NCBI GenBank assembly: GCA_964455675.1
Contig: CAYVYK010000007.1
Location: 40,166 to 104,165 of the forward strand
Reading direction: 5' to 3'
DNA length: 64,000 nucleotides
Source: an uncultured Methanosarcinales archaeon
Lineage (GTDB): Archaea; Nanobdellota; Nanobdellia; Woesearchaeales; CAYVYK01
Shown here: positions 19,478 to 27,814 of the stretch, piece after piece
Layout of the letters: each line of letters opens with the position of its first letter
Position numbering within the stretch: position 1 is the stretch's first letter
Notes under the pieces: model-generated
Told to the model about the DNA's origin: nothing
The model's database searches: none
What the model saw: the letters and a program-made list of their open reading frames with translations, nothing else
Program-made: the position numbers and the translations under genes

Positions 19478-20662
19478 TTAGGATGAAATGCCCAGCAAAG
19501 CAGATTTTATAGTGGAAAGATCTTCTTTTGACATCTCCGGATTATTCCCGCAATAGAACCCGCAAGCATGAACCACCGAGGCATTGGGCAAAGAACTCCT
19601 ATCCTTCACGTACTTTCGATAGAATGGGTGACTTGCAATGTTTCCGGCAATCACAGGACGAATCTCGACATCCCTTGACTGGAAAGATTCCTTCAAACGC
19701 CTAAATGAAGCATCCGACTTGCATACAAAGGGGTATGCAAAGTTGGATATAATATCCATACGATCGTTCTTCAACGGAAAGATATCCCGATCAGTGCAAC
19801 ACTTCCTGATATACATGAAGTTATCGTGCCGTTTCTTCACGATCTCATCCCAATACGGGAGCTGCACATTACCAATGAAACCGTTGATTTCCGTCGGACG
19901 AGCGTTATACGCAAGATCATAGAAGGTGTACAGAGCGAAGAAGTCATCAATCTTATGTTTGCTCCGAATCCTTTGCTGCGACTCACGACTCAGGTTACGA
20001 TCCCAGCCATGAGCGCGGACGATCACGAGCATTTCGGCGAGGTCTTCATCATCTGTGCACACCATCCCTCCCTCAATCGTTGAGAGATGATGCCCCACAA
20101 AAAAGGAGAACGTTGACGCAACACCAAAATTTCCAAGCAGAGTCCCCTTATATTTCGAACCAAGAGATTCACAGTTGTCCTCGAGCAGAATAATCCCTTG
20201 GTCTTTGCAATACAAAGCAATCTTGTCAATGTCAGAACACAAGCCAAGAACATTAGTCAGGAACAAGGCCTTCAATCCCTTGCCAGCAGATTTTAATGTT
20301 GCACTACTGACATTCAAAGTATCCAATTCGCAGTCGATAAGAACAGGATCCAGGCCGAGCTGAATGACTGGCATTACATTTGTCGCCCAGGTGACACTTG
20401 ATACTCCCACGCGGTCTCCCTTCTTCAGACGACCTAAGTTAAGCAATGCCTGCAGAAGAACAAGGTTTGCCGAACTACCGCTCGATACAAAGACAGAGTA
20501 TTTACGCTGCTGCTTTTGCGCAAACGCTGCTTCAAACTTTTTACACTCGGCGCCCATGCTCAGCTGACCAGCCTTCCTGATGAAGTCACACAAGAGATTC
20601 TTTGTCTCGGATTCATGATAAAATGTAGACTTGATGAGTTTGACTACCATGGGATTCACCAC
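19478..20662 (-). CDS. DegT-family enzyme with His replacing the PLP lysine (ColD/E1-like sugar 3-dehydratase candidate)
   Basis: 394 aa. SSGSSANLVLLQAL, and FFVGHHLSTIEGGMVCTDD where the canonical K is replaced by H, as in ColD and E1. Adjacent to gmd. Confidence 0.65.
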   Translation of the reverse strand: MVNPMVVKLIKSTFYHESETKNLLCDFIRKAGQLSMGAECKKFEAAFAQKQQRKYSVFVSSGSSANLVLLQALLNLGRLKKGDRVGVSSVTWATNVMPVIQLGLDPVLIDCELDTLNVSSATLKSAGKGLKALFLTNVLGLCSDIDKIALYCKDQGIILLEDNCESLGSKYKGTLLGNFGVASTFSFFVGHHLSTIEGGMVCTDDEDLAEMLVIVRAHGWDRNLSRESQQRIRSKHKIDDFFALYTFYDLAYNARPTEINGFIGNVQLPYWDEIVKKRHDNFMYIRKCCTDRDIFPLKNDRMDIISNFAYPFVCKSDASFRRLKESFQSRDVEIRPVIAGNIASHPFYRKYVKDRSSLPNASVVHACGFYCGNNPEMSKEDLSTIKSALLGISS

Positions 20663-20815
20663 GGTTCTCTAGCTTGGATTCGATATTTAATGGTTATGCT
20701 AGAGTAAGGCTGCAGAAAAAGAGAAGGACTCTTGGCATATCAGAGCGGAATCCATAAACCTTATAAAGAGCCCTGCGCTCCTTGAGGCTATTGCTACTAC
20801 TGTAGGATAGGTAAA

Positions 20816-21868
20816 ATGAAGAAGCGTGCGTTAATCACGGGGATTACAGGGCAAGACGGTCCATACCTCGCCCAGCTGCTGCTTTCAAAAGGGTACACAG
20901 TCTATGGCACCTACCGACGCAATTCAACCCCTAATTTCTGGAGACTGCAAAGTCTCAAACTCATGGACAAGATCATCCTCATTCCAGCAGATCTTGCAGA
21001 CATGAGTTCGCTCCTAGAAGCCGTGACAATCGCAGATCCTCACGAGATCTACAATCTTGCCGCACAAAGCTTCGTTGAAGCATCTTTTGACCAACCGCTC
21101 CTAACAACAGAAATTGACGGCGCAAGCCCACTCAAATTCCTTGAGATCATCAGGCATCTCAACAAGAACATCAAGTTCTACCAGGCATCAACAAGCGAGC
21201 TGTACGGAACAACACCACAGATGCCACAAAATGAGAAGACCCCATTCAATCCTAATTCCCCATACGCTGCGGCAAAGCTTTACGCATTCCATCAAGTCAG
21301 GATCTACAGGGAATCGTATGGCATTTTCGCAACAAACGGAATCCTATTCAACCATGAGTCACCCTTGCGAGGACTTGACTTCGTCACACGAAAGATCACG
21401 AACTCAGTCGCACGGATCAAGCTCGGACTGCAAAAAGACCTGAACCTTGGAAACCTGCAGGCAAAACGAGACTGGGGGTTTGCACCTGAGTACGTTGAGG
21501 CGATGTGGAGAATCCTTCAGCATAATCGCCCGGACGATTTTGTAATTGCCACAGGAGAAACACATACAGTTCAGGAGTTTGCAGAACAGGCATTTGCTGA
21601 AGTAGGACTCAACTGGAAAGACCATGTCAAATTCGACCAGAACCTCTGCAGGCCGCTTGACGTACCAGTCCTTTGCGGGGACCCAAGCAAAGCACAACGC
21701 GTACTTGGGTGGAAACCAAAAGTTACGTTCAAAAAACTCGTGGCAGTCATGGTAAACGCAGACCTTGACCGGTGGCAACGTTATCTCAATGGTGAATCCG
21801 TAACATGGGATGCCCCAACACACCCCCATGAGATGTATATCCGCAGAAGAAGCGGAAAACGCAAGTAG
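20816..21868 (+). CDS. gmd: GDP-mannose 4,6-dehydratase
   Basis: 350 aa. N-terminal ALITGITGQDGPYLAQLLLSKGY Rossmann motif. SDR extended-family catalytic region with STSELYG. Confidence 0.85.
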   Translation: MKKRALITGITGQDGPYLAQLLLSKGYTVYGTYRRNSTPNFWRLQSLKLMDKIILIPADLADMSSLLEAVTIADPHEIYNLAAQSFVEASFDQPLLTTEIDGASPLKFLEIIRHLNKNIKFYQASTSELYGTTPQMPQNEKTPFNPNSPYAAAKLYAFHQVRIYRESYGIFATNGILFNHESPLRGLDFVTRKITNSVARIKLGLQKDLNLGNLQAKRDWGFAPEYVEAMWRILQHNRPDDFVIATGETHTVQEFAEQAFAEVGLNWKDHVKFDQNLCRPLDVPVLCGDPSKAQRVLGWKPKVTFKKLVAVMVNADLDRWQRYLNGESVTWDAPTHPHEMYIRRRSGKRK

Positions 21869-21923
21869 GAGGCCCTTTTGCCTGCCATAAGGTTTTTATA
21901 CACTCTTCCATGCATGAAGACTC

Positions 21924-22535
21924 ATGGTAAAAAAGTTCTCACTTACGGCGGAATGGATTGTACTTCTCCTCGCATCCGCAGTAATCCTTGCCGGACTCCT
22001 CTGGAGCATTGGTATCTATAACAGCCTCATCTCGCTCCAATCCAATATTGAAGGCCAATGGACCCAAGTTGAAGCGGAATACCAGCACCGGGCAGACCTC
22101 ATCCCAAATCTCGTCAGTACAATCCAAGGTTTTACGGATCAGGAGAGAGTAATCATACGTGATGCCAACACTCTCCGCGCGCAATGGGAGACGGCGAGAA
22201 CACGCGAGGAGAAAATTCGAGCGGCAGAACGAATCGATCAAGAGCTTGACGGCAGGAACGGAGAGAGCATTTTGGGCAAAATCATCTCCGTCGCCGACAA
22301 TTATCCCCAACTCAAGAACGGGGAAAACTTCCTCGCGCTGCAAGCAGAGCTATTCAACACAGTCAACAAAGTCGCAGAAGAGCGCAGGATCTATAACGAC
22401 GCAGTCATCCAATACAATACGAAGATTAGCACGTTTCCCTCAAACATTATTGCAATACTTTTTGGATTTAAGGATCAGGCAAGCTTTGCCAATGGTATTA
22501 TACCAGGAACAACACCGCAGGATATTCCCCCATAG
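21924..22535 (+). CDS. lemA: LemA family protein
   Basis: 203 aa. N-terminal TM then conserved LemA region (YNSLISLQSNIEGQWTQVEAEYQHRADLIPNLV). Confidence 0.8.
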   Translation: MVKKFSLTAEWIVLLLASAVILAGLLWSIGIYNSLISLQSNIEGQWTQVEAEYQHRADLIPNLVSTIQGFTDQERVIIRDANTLRAQWETARTREEKIRAAERIDQELDGRNGESILGKIISVADNYPQLKNGENFLALQAELFNTVNKVAEERRIYNDAVIQYNTKISTFPSNIIAILFGFKDQASFANGIIPGTTPQDIPP

Positions 22536-22538
22536 GAA

Positions 22539-23840
22539 ATGATCATGGACCTCACTACACCACGTACGGGAGACAGAGTAGCAATAACCACCTTTGATGA
22601 AAGACTTGAGGGTATGCTCATGCCACGACCAGAACTCCTCCCAACAGGGTTTACCGTTCTCAAACTCGACAACGGATACAATATCGGAATCCAGGATTCC
22701 AAGATACGGAACGTGGAGATTATCCGAAAGAGAGTAGTTGCAACTCCGCGAATCCACACATCAGAACACAACCCAAAACTGCCCACCGTCGCGATGTTTA
22801 GTACAGGAGGTACAATCGCCTCGCGCATCGATTATGCTACAGGAGGGGTCGCAGCTGACTACTCAAGTGAAGAACTCCTCGACCTCGTACCGGGCCTTCG
22901 AAAAATTGCTAACATTCAGACAACAAGCATCATGAACGCCATGAGCGAGGATATGACACCAGAGCACTGGAAACAGATTGCACAATCAATCTTACCAGCG
23001 CTCAAGAATCCCAAGATCAGCGGAATTGTGATCACACACGGAACGGATACCATGCATTACACAAGCGCCGCGCTCTCATTCTTCATCAAGAACCTTAACA
23101 AACCAGTGATAATAACAGGATCACAACGCAGCATCGACCGCGGAAGCAGCGATGCATTCCTCAACGTCTATTGCAGTGTGACAGCCGCTGCACAATGGGA
23201 CGGAGCTGAAGTCGCCATCTGCATGCATACGAACATCAACGACAACACTTGCGACCTCCACCGCGGGACCAAGGTTAGGAAAATGCATACCTCACGCAGG
23301 GACGCGTTTAAAACAGTCAATGATACCCCGCTCGCACGTATTGATGACGCTGGAGAGATAAAAGTACTCAATCAAGAGTATTCCAGAAGACGGGAACTGT
23401 CGCCAGAACTTCTTGCCGCATTCGAAGAGAAGACAGCGCTCCTCCAAGTGTATCCAGGCATGGACCCTCTCCTCATAACTACACTTGCTGACCATGGATA
23501 TCGAGGGATAGTACTCTCAGCAACAGCTTTGGGCCACATCTGCACCAGCGGAAAGACAAACCTCCTTCCCGCCATCGAGCACGCCCAGAAGAAAGGAGCG
23601 CATATCATTATTGCTTCACAAACACTGTATGGCAGAACGCATCCTTACGTTTATACTAACCTACGTAAACTGTCCATCGGGCGAGGCTGCCTATTCGCGG
23701 ATGACATGCTCCCGGAAGTCGCATACGTGAAACTTGGTTGGCTGCTTGGAAGGAAGCTTACCCGAGAAGAAGTAAGTTTGCAGCTCACCACAAATATTGC
23801 GCATGAGATCAACCACCGACATCAGCCATGCATGTTCTAA
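22539..23840 (+). CDS. gatD: Glu-tRNA(Gln) amidotransferase subunit D
   Basis: 433 aa. N-terminal GatD domain plus asparaginase-like domain (FSTGGTIAS, HGTDTM). Followed by gatE. Confidence 0.85.
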   Translation: MIMDLTTPRTGDRVAITTFDERLEGMLMPRPELLPTGFTVLKLDNGYNIGIQDSKIRNVEIIRKRVVATPRIHTSEHNPKLPTVAMFSTGGTIASRIDYATGGVAADYSSEELLDLVPGLRKIANIQTTSIMNAMSEDMTPEHWKQIAQSILPALKNPKISGIVITHGTDTMHYTSAALSFFIKNLNKPVIITGSQRSIDRGSSDAFLNVYCSVTAAAQWDGAEVAICMHTNINDNTCDLHRGTKVRKMHTSRRDAFKTVNDTPLARIDDAGEIKVLNQEYSRRRELSPELLAAFEEKTALLQVYPGMDPLLITTLADHGYRGIVLSATALGHICTSGKTNLLPAIEHAQKKGAHIIIASQTLYGRTHPYVYTNLRKLSIGRGCLFADDMLPEVAYVKLGWLLGRKLTREEVSLQLTTNIAHEINHRHQPCMF

Positions 23841-23857
23841 ATACCGAATACGAGAAA

Positions 23858-24670
23858 CTAATTCCTCACATTCTCAAAGGGAGGAGTACCAAGATATTGC
23901 CGGACTCTCTCTTCGGTGCGCTTCGCAAAGATGTTGTCCTTCCGATTAAGTCCAGTGCCCTTCAATGGAAGCTTATCCGCGTGATAGAATTCAATCCCCT
24001 TGCGGTGCAACTCAAACCGATACGTTGCCAAGTCATCAAAAGAGGAGAAATAAACTTGCGAAAAATCATCGTGATAGTGCGGATTTGACCGGATCACAAG
24101 ACTATCTTTCTCCTTTAAGAAAAAATATCGCGCACCTCTTCGGAGCTGGAGCATGAGGTTATCGGCGGGAACCCTTGTCCTTAGCTCATGATCAACAAGC
24201 TCACCGAGAACAAGAGGGCAGTTGCCAAAATTATATATCGAATGCGCAAAGCCGCCAGGCACGACCATCTTGTCCCCAGCTTTTGCGATAATCAATTGAC
24301 ACTTCTTGTCTCCTTGAATGAGCATCCCGCACAATCCATAATACACTTGGTATATCTCGGGAAAATTCTGGAAATGCCCTAAAGTCTTGTTAAACTCGGA
24401 ACCGAGAAGCCGCTTATCAAACACAAAAACATTGTGATAGATTGTAGACTCGGTATCCTTCCTTTGTACGAGATCCTGATAGCATACATACGGAACAGCT
24501 GGAGCACATACCCCTCGATCGGCAAGCACATACCGCATGTCCAAGATGTCCCTCCGCAGCTCAGCACGCCACTTCCACAATCCATTATCAAGAACAAGAG
24601 AATCCTCCTCCAGCTCCAAGGGAATACCAGAGTATTTCTGCAGAGAAACCATACTCCCAAGAGAGCCCAT
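23858..24670 (-). CDS. cupin-fold protein of unknown function
   Basis: 270 aa ORF on the opposite strand between gatD and gatE. Motif KMVVPGGFAHSIYNFG is cupin-like. Confidence 0.4.
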   Translation of the reverse strand: MGSLGSMVSLQKYSGIPLELEEDSLVLDNGLWKWRAELRRDILDMRYVLADRGVCAPAVPYVCYQDLVQRKDTESTIYHNVFVFDKRLLGSEFNKTLGHFQNFPEIYQVYYGLCGMLIQGDKKCQLIIAKAGDKMVVPGGFAHSIYNFGNCPLVLGELVDHELRTRVPADNLMLQLRRGARYFFLKEKDSLVIRSNPHYHDDFSQVYFSSFDDLATYRFELHRKGIEFYHADKLPLKGTGLNRKDNIFAKRTEERVRQYLGTPPFENVRN

Positions 24671-24725
24671 ATTTTATTTAAAGGTTGCCGAAAGCTTATT
24701 AAGCAGAGATTTCATTCTCGACTCA

Positions 24726-26147
24726 GTGGTATTTGACTATAAAGAACTGGGATTCAAGTGCGGACTTGAAATTCATCAACAGCTCGAGGGTCTAAAACTA
24801 TTCTGCAACTGCAAGACACTCAATTCGGCTGAGGGAACAGAGAACAAAGCACAACGAAGACTCCAAGCAGTAGCGGGAGAGATGGGGGACATTGATATTG
24901 CAGTAAGCCATGAGTTATCCAAAGAGCGCAAATTCTTCTACGAGAGCTCATCTGCGGACACCTGCATCATGGAATACGATGAGGAACCGCCACACTCCAT
25001 GAATAGAGAAGCGGTGAAGACATGCCTACAACTTTGCAAGCTCATGAACTGCACAATCGTGGACGAGATCCACACAATGAGAAAGGCAGTTATTGATGGG
25101 AGCAACGTGACAGGATTTCAGAGAACCGCGCTCGTCGGAAGGAACGGATGGATCGAGACAAGCCAGGGGCGCGTCGGCATCGCCACCGTACTCCTTGAAG
25201 AAGAGGCAGCACAAAAAATCAAGCAAGCAAAAAAATATACCAAGTACCGGCTTGACCGCCTCGGGATGGGCATGATCGAAATCGCAACGCAAGCAGAGAT
25301 CAAAGATCCTGATCATGCAAAAGAGACAGCAGAAAGAATTGGGCTGATGTGCAGAAGCCTTCCAAGCGTGAAGCGAGGCATCGGAACCATCCGGCAGGAT
25401 GTCAATGTCTCGATCAGCAAGGGAGCGCGCGTCGAAATCAAGGGATTCCAGGATCTACGGAGCATACCAAAGGTAATCGACAACGAAATAGCCCGACAGC
25501 TTGACCTCATCACGAAAGGCAAAGCAGTACCAAAAGAAGTACGAAAGGCAGAGTCCGATTTCTCAACAAGTTTCCTTCGCCCCATGCCAGGAGCTGCACG
25601 ACTTTATCCCGAAACTGACGTGCTCCCCTTCGTCCCCCAAAAGGAAAGCATTGAGGTGCCCGAGACCATTGAAGATGCAGGAAAGCGCATCAAAGCACGC
25701 GGCATAGATCAAGAGCTTGCCAAACAGATAGCAAAAAAAGGTCGCACTGACTTCTTCGAGAAGGTCATTACCGACCACCCAACACTCAATCCTGCCTTCG
25801 TCGCAGAAACCATCATCTCACTTCCGAAGGAAATACGCCGCAAACACAATGTGGATGTTGAGACCCTTAGCGAGGAGCAATGGATGACAATCTTTAGGCA
25901 CCTTGCCAGTGGAACACTTTCAAAAACAGTATTGTCCGATGCGCTTGTTGACCTTTGCAAGGGAACTTTTGACATAAAGAAATACCAGAGCGTGAGCGAT
26001 GAAGATATTGAACGAGAAATAAAAAAGAGTATTGCGGAAAACCCGACTATCACAGATGGCGCTCTCATGGGCAGAATCATGGGCGCATTTAAAGGAAGAG
26101 CTGATGGAAAGAGAGTAAATGAGCTCGTAAGGAAACTGAAGAGTTAG
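24726..26147 (+). CDS. gatE: Glu-tRNA(Gln) amidotransferase subunit E (short form)
   Basis: Track ORF starts at 24537 but would overlap the divergent cupin gene by 134 nt. GTG 24726 gives the typical N-terminus VVFDYKELGFKCGLEIHQQL. C-terminal YqeY/GatB-like tail. About 473 aa, versus about 620 aa for a typical GatE. Confidence 0.8.
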   Translation: MVFDYKELGFKCGLEIHQQLEGLKLFCNCKTLNSAEGTENKAQRRLQAVAGEMGDIDIAVSHELSKERKFFYESSSADTCIMEYDEEPPHSMNREAVKTCLQLCKLMNCTIVDEIHTMRKAVIDGSNVTGFQRTALVGRNGWIETSQGRVGIATVLLEEEAAQKIKQAKKYTKYRLDRLGMGMIEIATQAEIKDPDHAKETAERIGLMCRSLPSVKRGIGTIRQDVNVSISKGARVEIKGFQDLRSIPKVIDNEIARQLDLITKGKAVPKEVRKAESDFSTSFLRPMPGAARLYPETDVLPFVPQKESIEVPETIEDAGKRIKARGIDQELAKQIAKKGRTDFFEKVITDHPTLNPAFVAETIISLPKEIRRKHNVDVETLSEEQWMTIFRHLASGTLSKTVLSDALVDLCKGTFDIKKYQSVSDEDIEREIKKSIAENPTITDGALMGRIMGAFKGRADGKRVNELVRKLKS

Positions 26148-26851
26148 CGAACCGGAACATACTCTTGCTTTCTTGGCCAAAAAAAACCAGAAAATGTCTG
26201 CCAGACAAAGCGCAAGAAACCATGCTGACGCTGCCTTCTCATGGACGTACGGATAAAAGAACTTGAGATATACTTAAGCCGCCCCCTCTTCCTCAAAGCC
26301 AAGAGAAAGTATGTATCCTCCGCGATATCCTTGGATTCGTCATATGGAATGAAGAAGTTCTTCCGGCAAAAACAGAACCCGCTCGCAGCGGGAAAAAAAG
26401 CACGGCCAATGTTTCCTAAAAACCACATGAGAGAAGTCGGAAGAGAGGAGTCATCGCCACGAGTCCTCGTGTAGCCACCGACAGCCCCACGCGAAACAGC
26501 GAGCACAACTTCCCCCAGCAGATCAGGCGACAATTCACTATCAGCATCGAGAAAACAGAGTATCTCTCCTTTTGCCGCACGAGCCCCGATATTGCGAGCG
26601 CGCGAAACCCCGCGTTTTTTCGTCGAGATGGCGTGACAACCAAGCTTCCTAGAAACAAGCAAGGTATCATCCTTGCAATCGTTACAGACAACGATCACTT
26701 CAACGTTCTTCCAGGAAGATTTTTTCACAGACACAACTGCCCGTGCCACGTACTTTTCCTCATTATGCGCTGGTATGATTACTGAAATGAGAGGACAAAA
26801 ATCCCTTGATGACATCGAAAACCTCCTCCGGCTTCTTAAACACGCCCTCAT
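26144..26851 (-). CDS. family 2 glycosyltransferase
   Basis: LISVIIPAHNEEKYV, VVCNDCKDDT and FLDADS motifs. True start probably the internal ATG (MSSRDF, about 26815). Confidence 0.75.
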   Translation of the reverse strand: MRACLRSRRRFSMSSRDFCPLISVIIPAHNEEKYVARAVVSVKKSSWKNVEVIVVCNDCKDDTLLVSRKLGCHAISTKKRGVSRARNIGARAAKGEILCFLDADSELSPDLLGEVVLAVSRGAVGGYTRTRGDDSSLPTSLMWFLGNIGRAFFPAASGFCFCRKNFFIPYDESKDIAEDTYFLLALRKRGRLKYISSSFIRTSMRRQRQHGFLRFVWQTFSGFFWPRKQEYVPVR

Positions 26852-27620
26852 GATTCATCTCACCAATGCGAACAAGCTTGGATTTAGGAATCAACCTAGC
26901 CATCTCTAGCGACGCACTTGGATTCAGAACCCAGTCTCTACCTCCAGTAATGAGGAGCACTGGCATCTCCAAAGAATCAAGCATACCTGTCACGTCATAA
27001 TCAAACAACGAAATCGTGTGGTAAGCGTAGGAATCAAGCCCGGCGTTCTGAAGATCATAAAAGAACAAGAAGAGTTCAGGAGTCTTTTCATGCTTTGCAT
27101 AATCAACATACCGAGAAAGAACTCGATGGAATGGTTTTCCGACGATTGCACAGAATCCTAGCAGCGACTCTGCGATCAATCGAGGAGCTCGCGGTATCAC
27201 AAAGTGATTCAACGGCGACGTGTGGCTCGAACTTACGAGCACCATCCCGAGCGGCTTTTTTCTCGAGTGCAACGCATGACCAAGAGCGATCATACCACCT
27301 GATGAAAGTCCACAGACAATGAATTTTGAAACTCGCTCCTTTGCCAGAACCGCATCAACATCCTCATAGTAGCGCTCCATCGAAAATGAACGCTGAGCCT
27401 GAACAGTGCGGGATCTGCCATGACCCCTCGCATCAATGAGCAAAGAGCGATAACCCATGGCGGCGCAACGCTTCGCAACCGGGACCCAAGATGTCATGTT
27501 ACCACCGAGGCCATGAAGGAACACAAGCCATGGCTTACTGGAATATTTTTCAGGCAGGAGCTTCTCGTAATATATCGAAGAAAGATCCTTACTTGTCACG
27601 AATTCCTGCCTTCTCTCCAT
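26763..27620 (-). CDS. alpha/beta hydrolase fold protein
   Basis: About 285 aa. LVFLHGLGGN oxyanion region, GLSSGG nucleophile elbow (GxSxG), HxG near the C-terminus. Confidence 0.7.
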   Translation of the reverse strand: MERRQEFVTSKDLSSIYYEKLLPEKYSSKPWLVFLHGLGGNMTSWVPVAKRCAAMGYRSLLIDARGHGRSRTVQAQRSFSMERYYEDVDAVLAKERVSKFIVCGLSSGGMIALGHALHSRKKPLGMVLVSSSHTSPLNHFVIPRAPRLIAESLLGFCAIVGKPFHRVLSRYVDYAKHEKTPELFLFFYDLQNAGLDSYAYHTISLFDYDVTGMLDSLEMPVLLITGGRDWVLNPSASLEMARLIPKSKLVRIGEMNHEGVFKKPEEVFDVIKGFLSSHFSNHTSA

Positions 27621-27724
27621 GATGATCACAAAAAAAAGCGCACCTGGGGGGATTTTCGTAACTTTTCGAACCCCCGACCTACAGCTTAGGAGGCTGCCGC
27701 GCTATTTGCCCTGCCCGAAAGCAT
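27619..27724 (-). tRNA. tRNA-Arg(CCU) candidate with two putative non-canonical introns (D-loop about 19 nt, T-loop about 12 nt)
   Basis: On the minus strand: acceptor GCACCTG/CAGGTGC (7/7 pairs), TA, D stem GCGC..GCGC, anticodon arm GCAGC-CTCCTAA-GCTGT, variable AGGTC, T arm GGGGG-TTCGAA..-CCCCC, discriminator G, then a T8 run. Mature length 75 nt after removing the two insertions. Confidence 0.5.
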
Positions 27725-27814
27725 CCAGGCTGCGCTACAGGTGCACTCTTCCCATGAATTCTTGGAGCTTTTATAAAGTTTGATGTTTTACGAATGAGAT
27801 TGATGAGGGTACTC

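Noticed and set aside
24537-24725. Upstream extension of gatE (track start 24537)
   Set aside because: It would overlap the divergent cupin gene by 134 nt, and the 63 extra residues (MSKMSLRSSARHF...) are Ser-rich with no homology; GTG 24726 gives the canonical GatE N-terminus.
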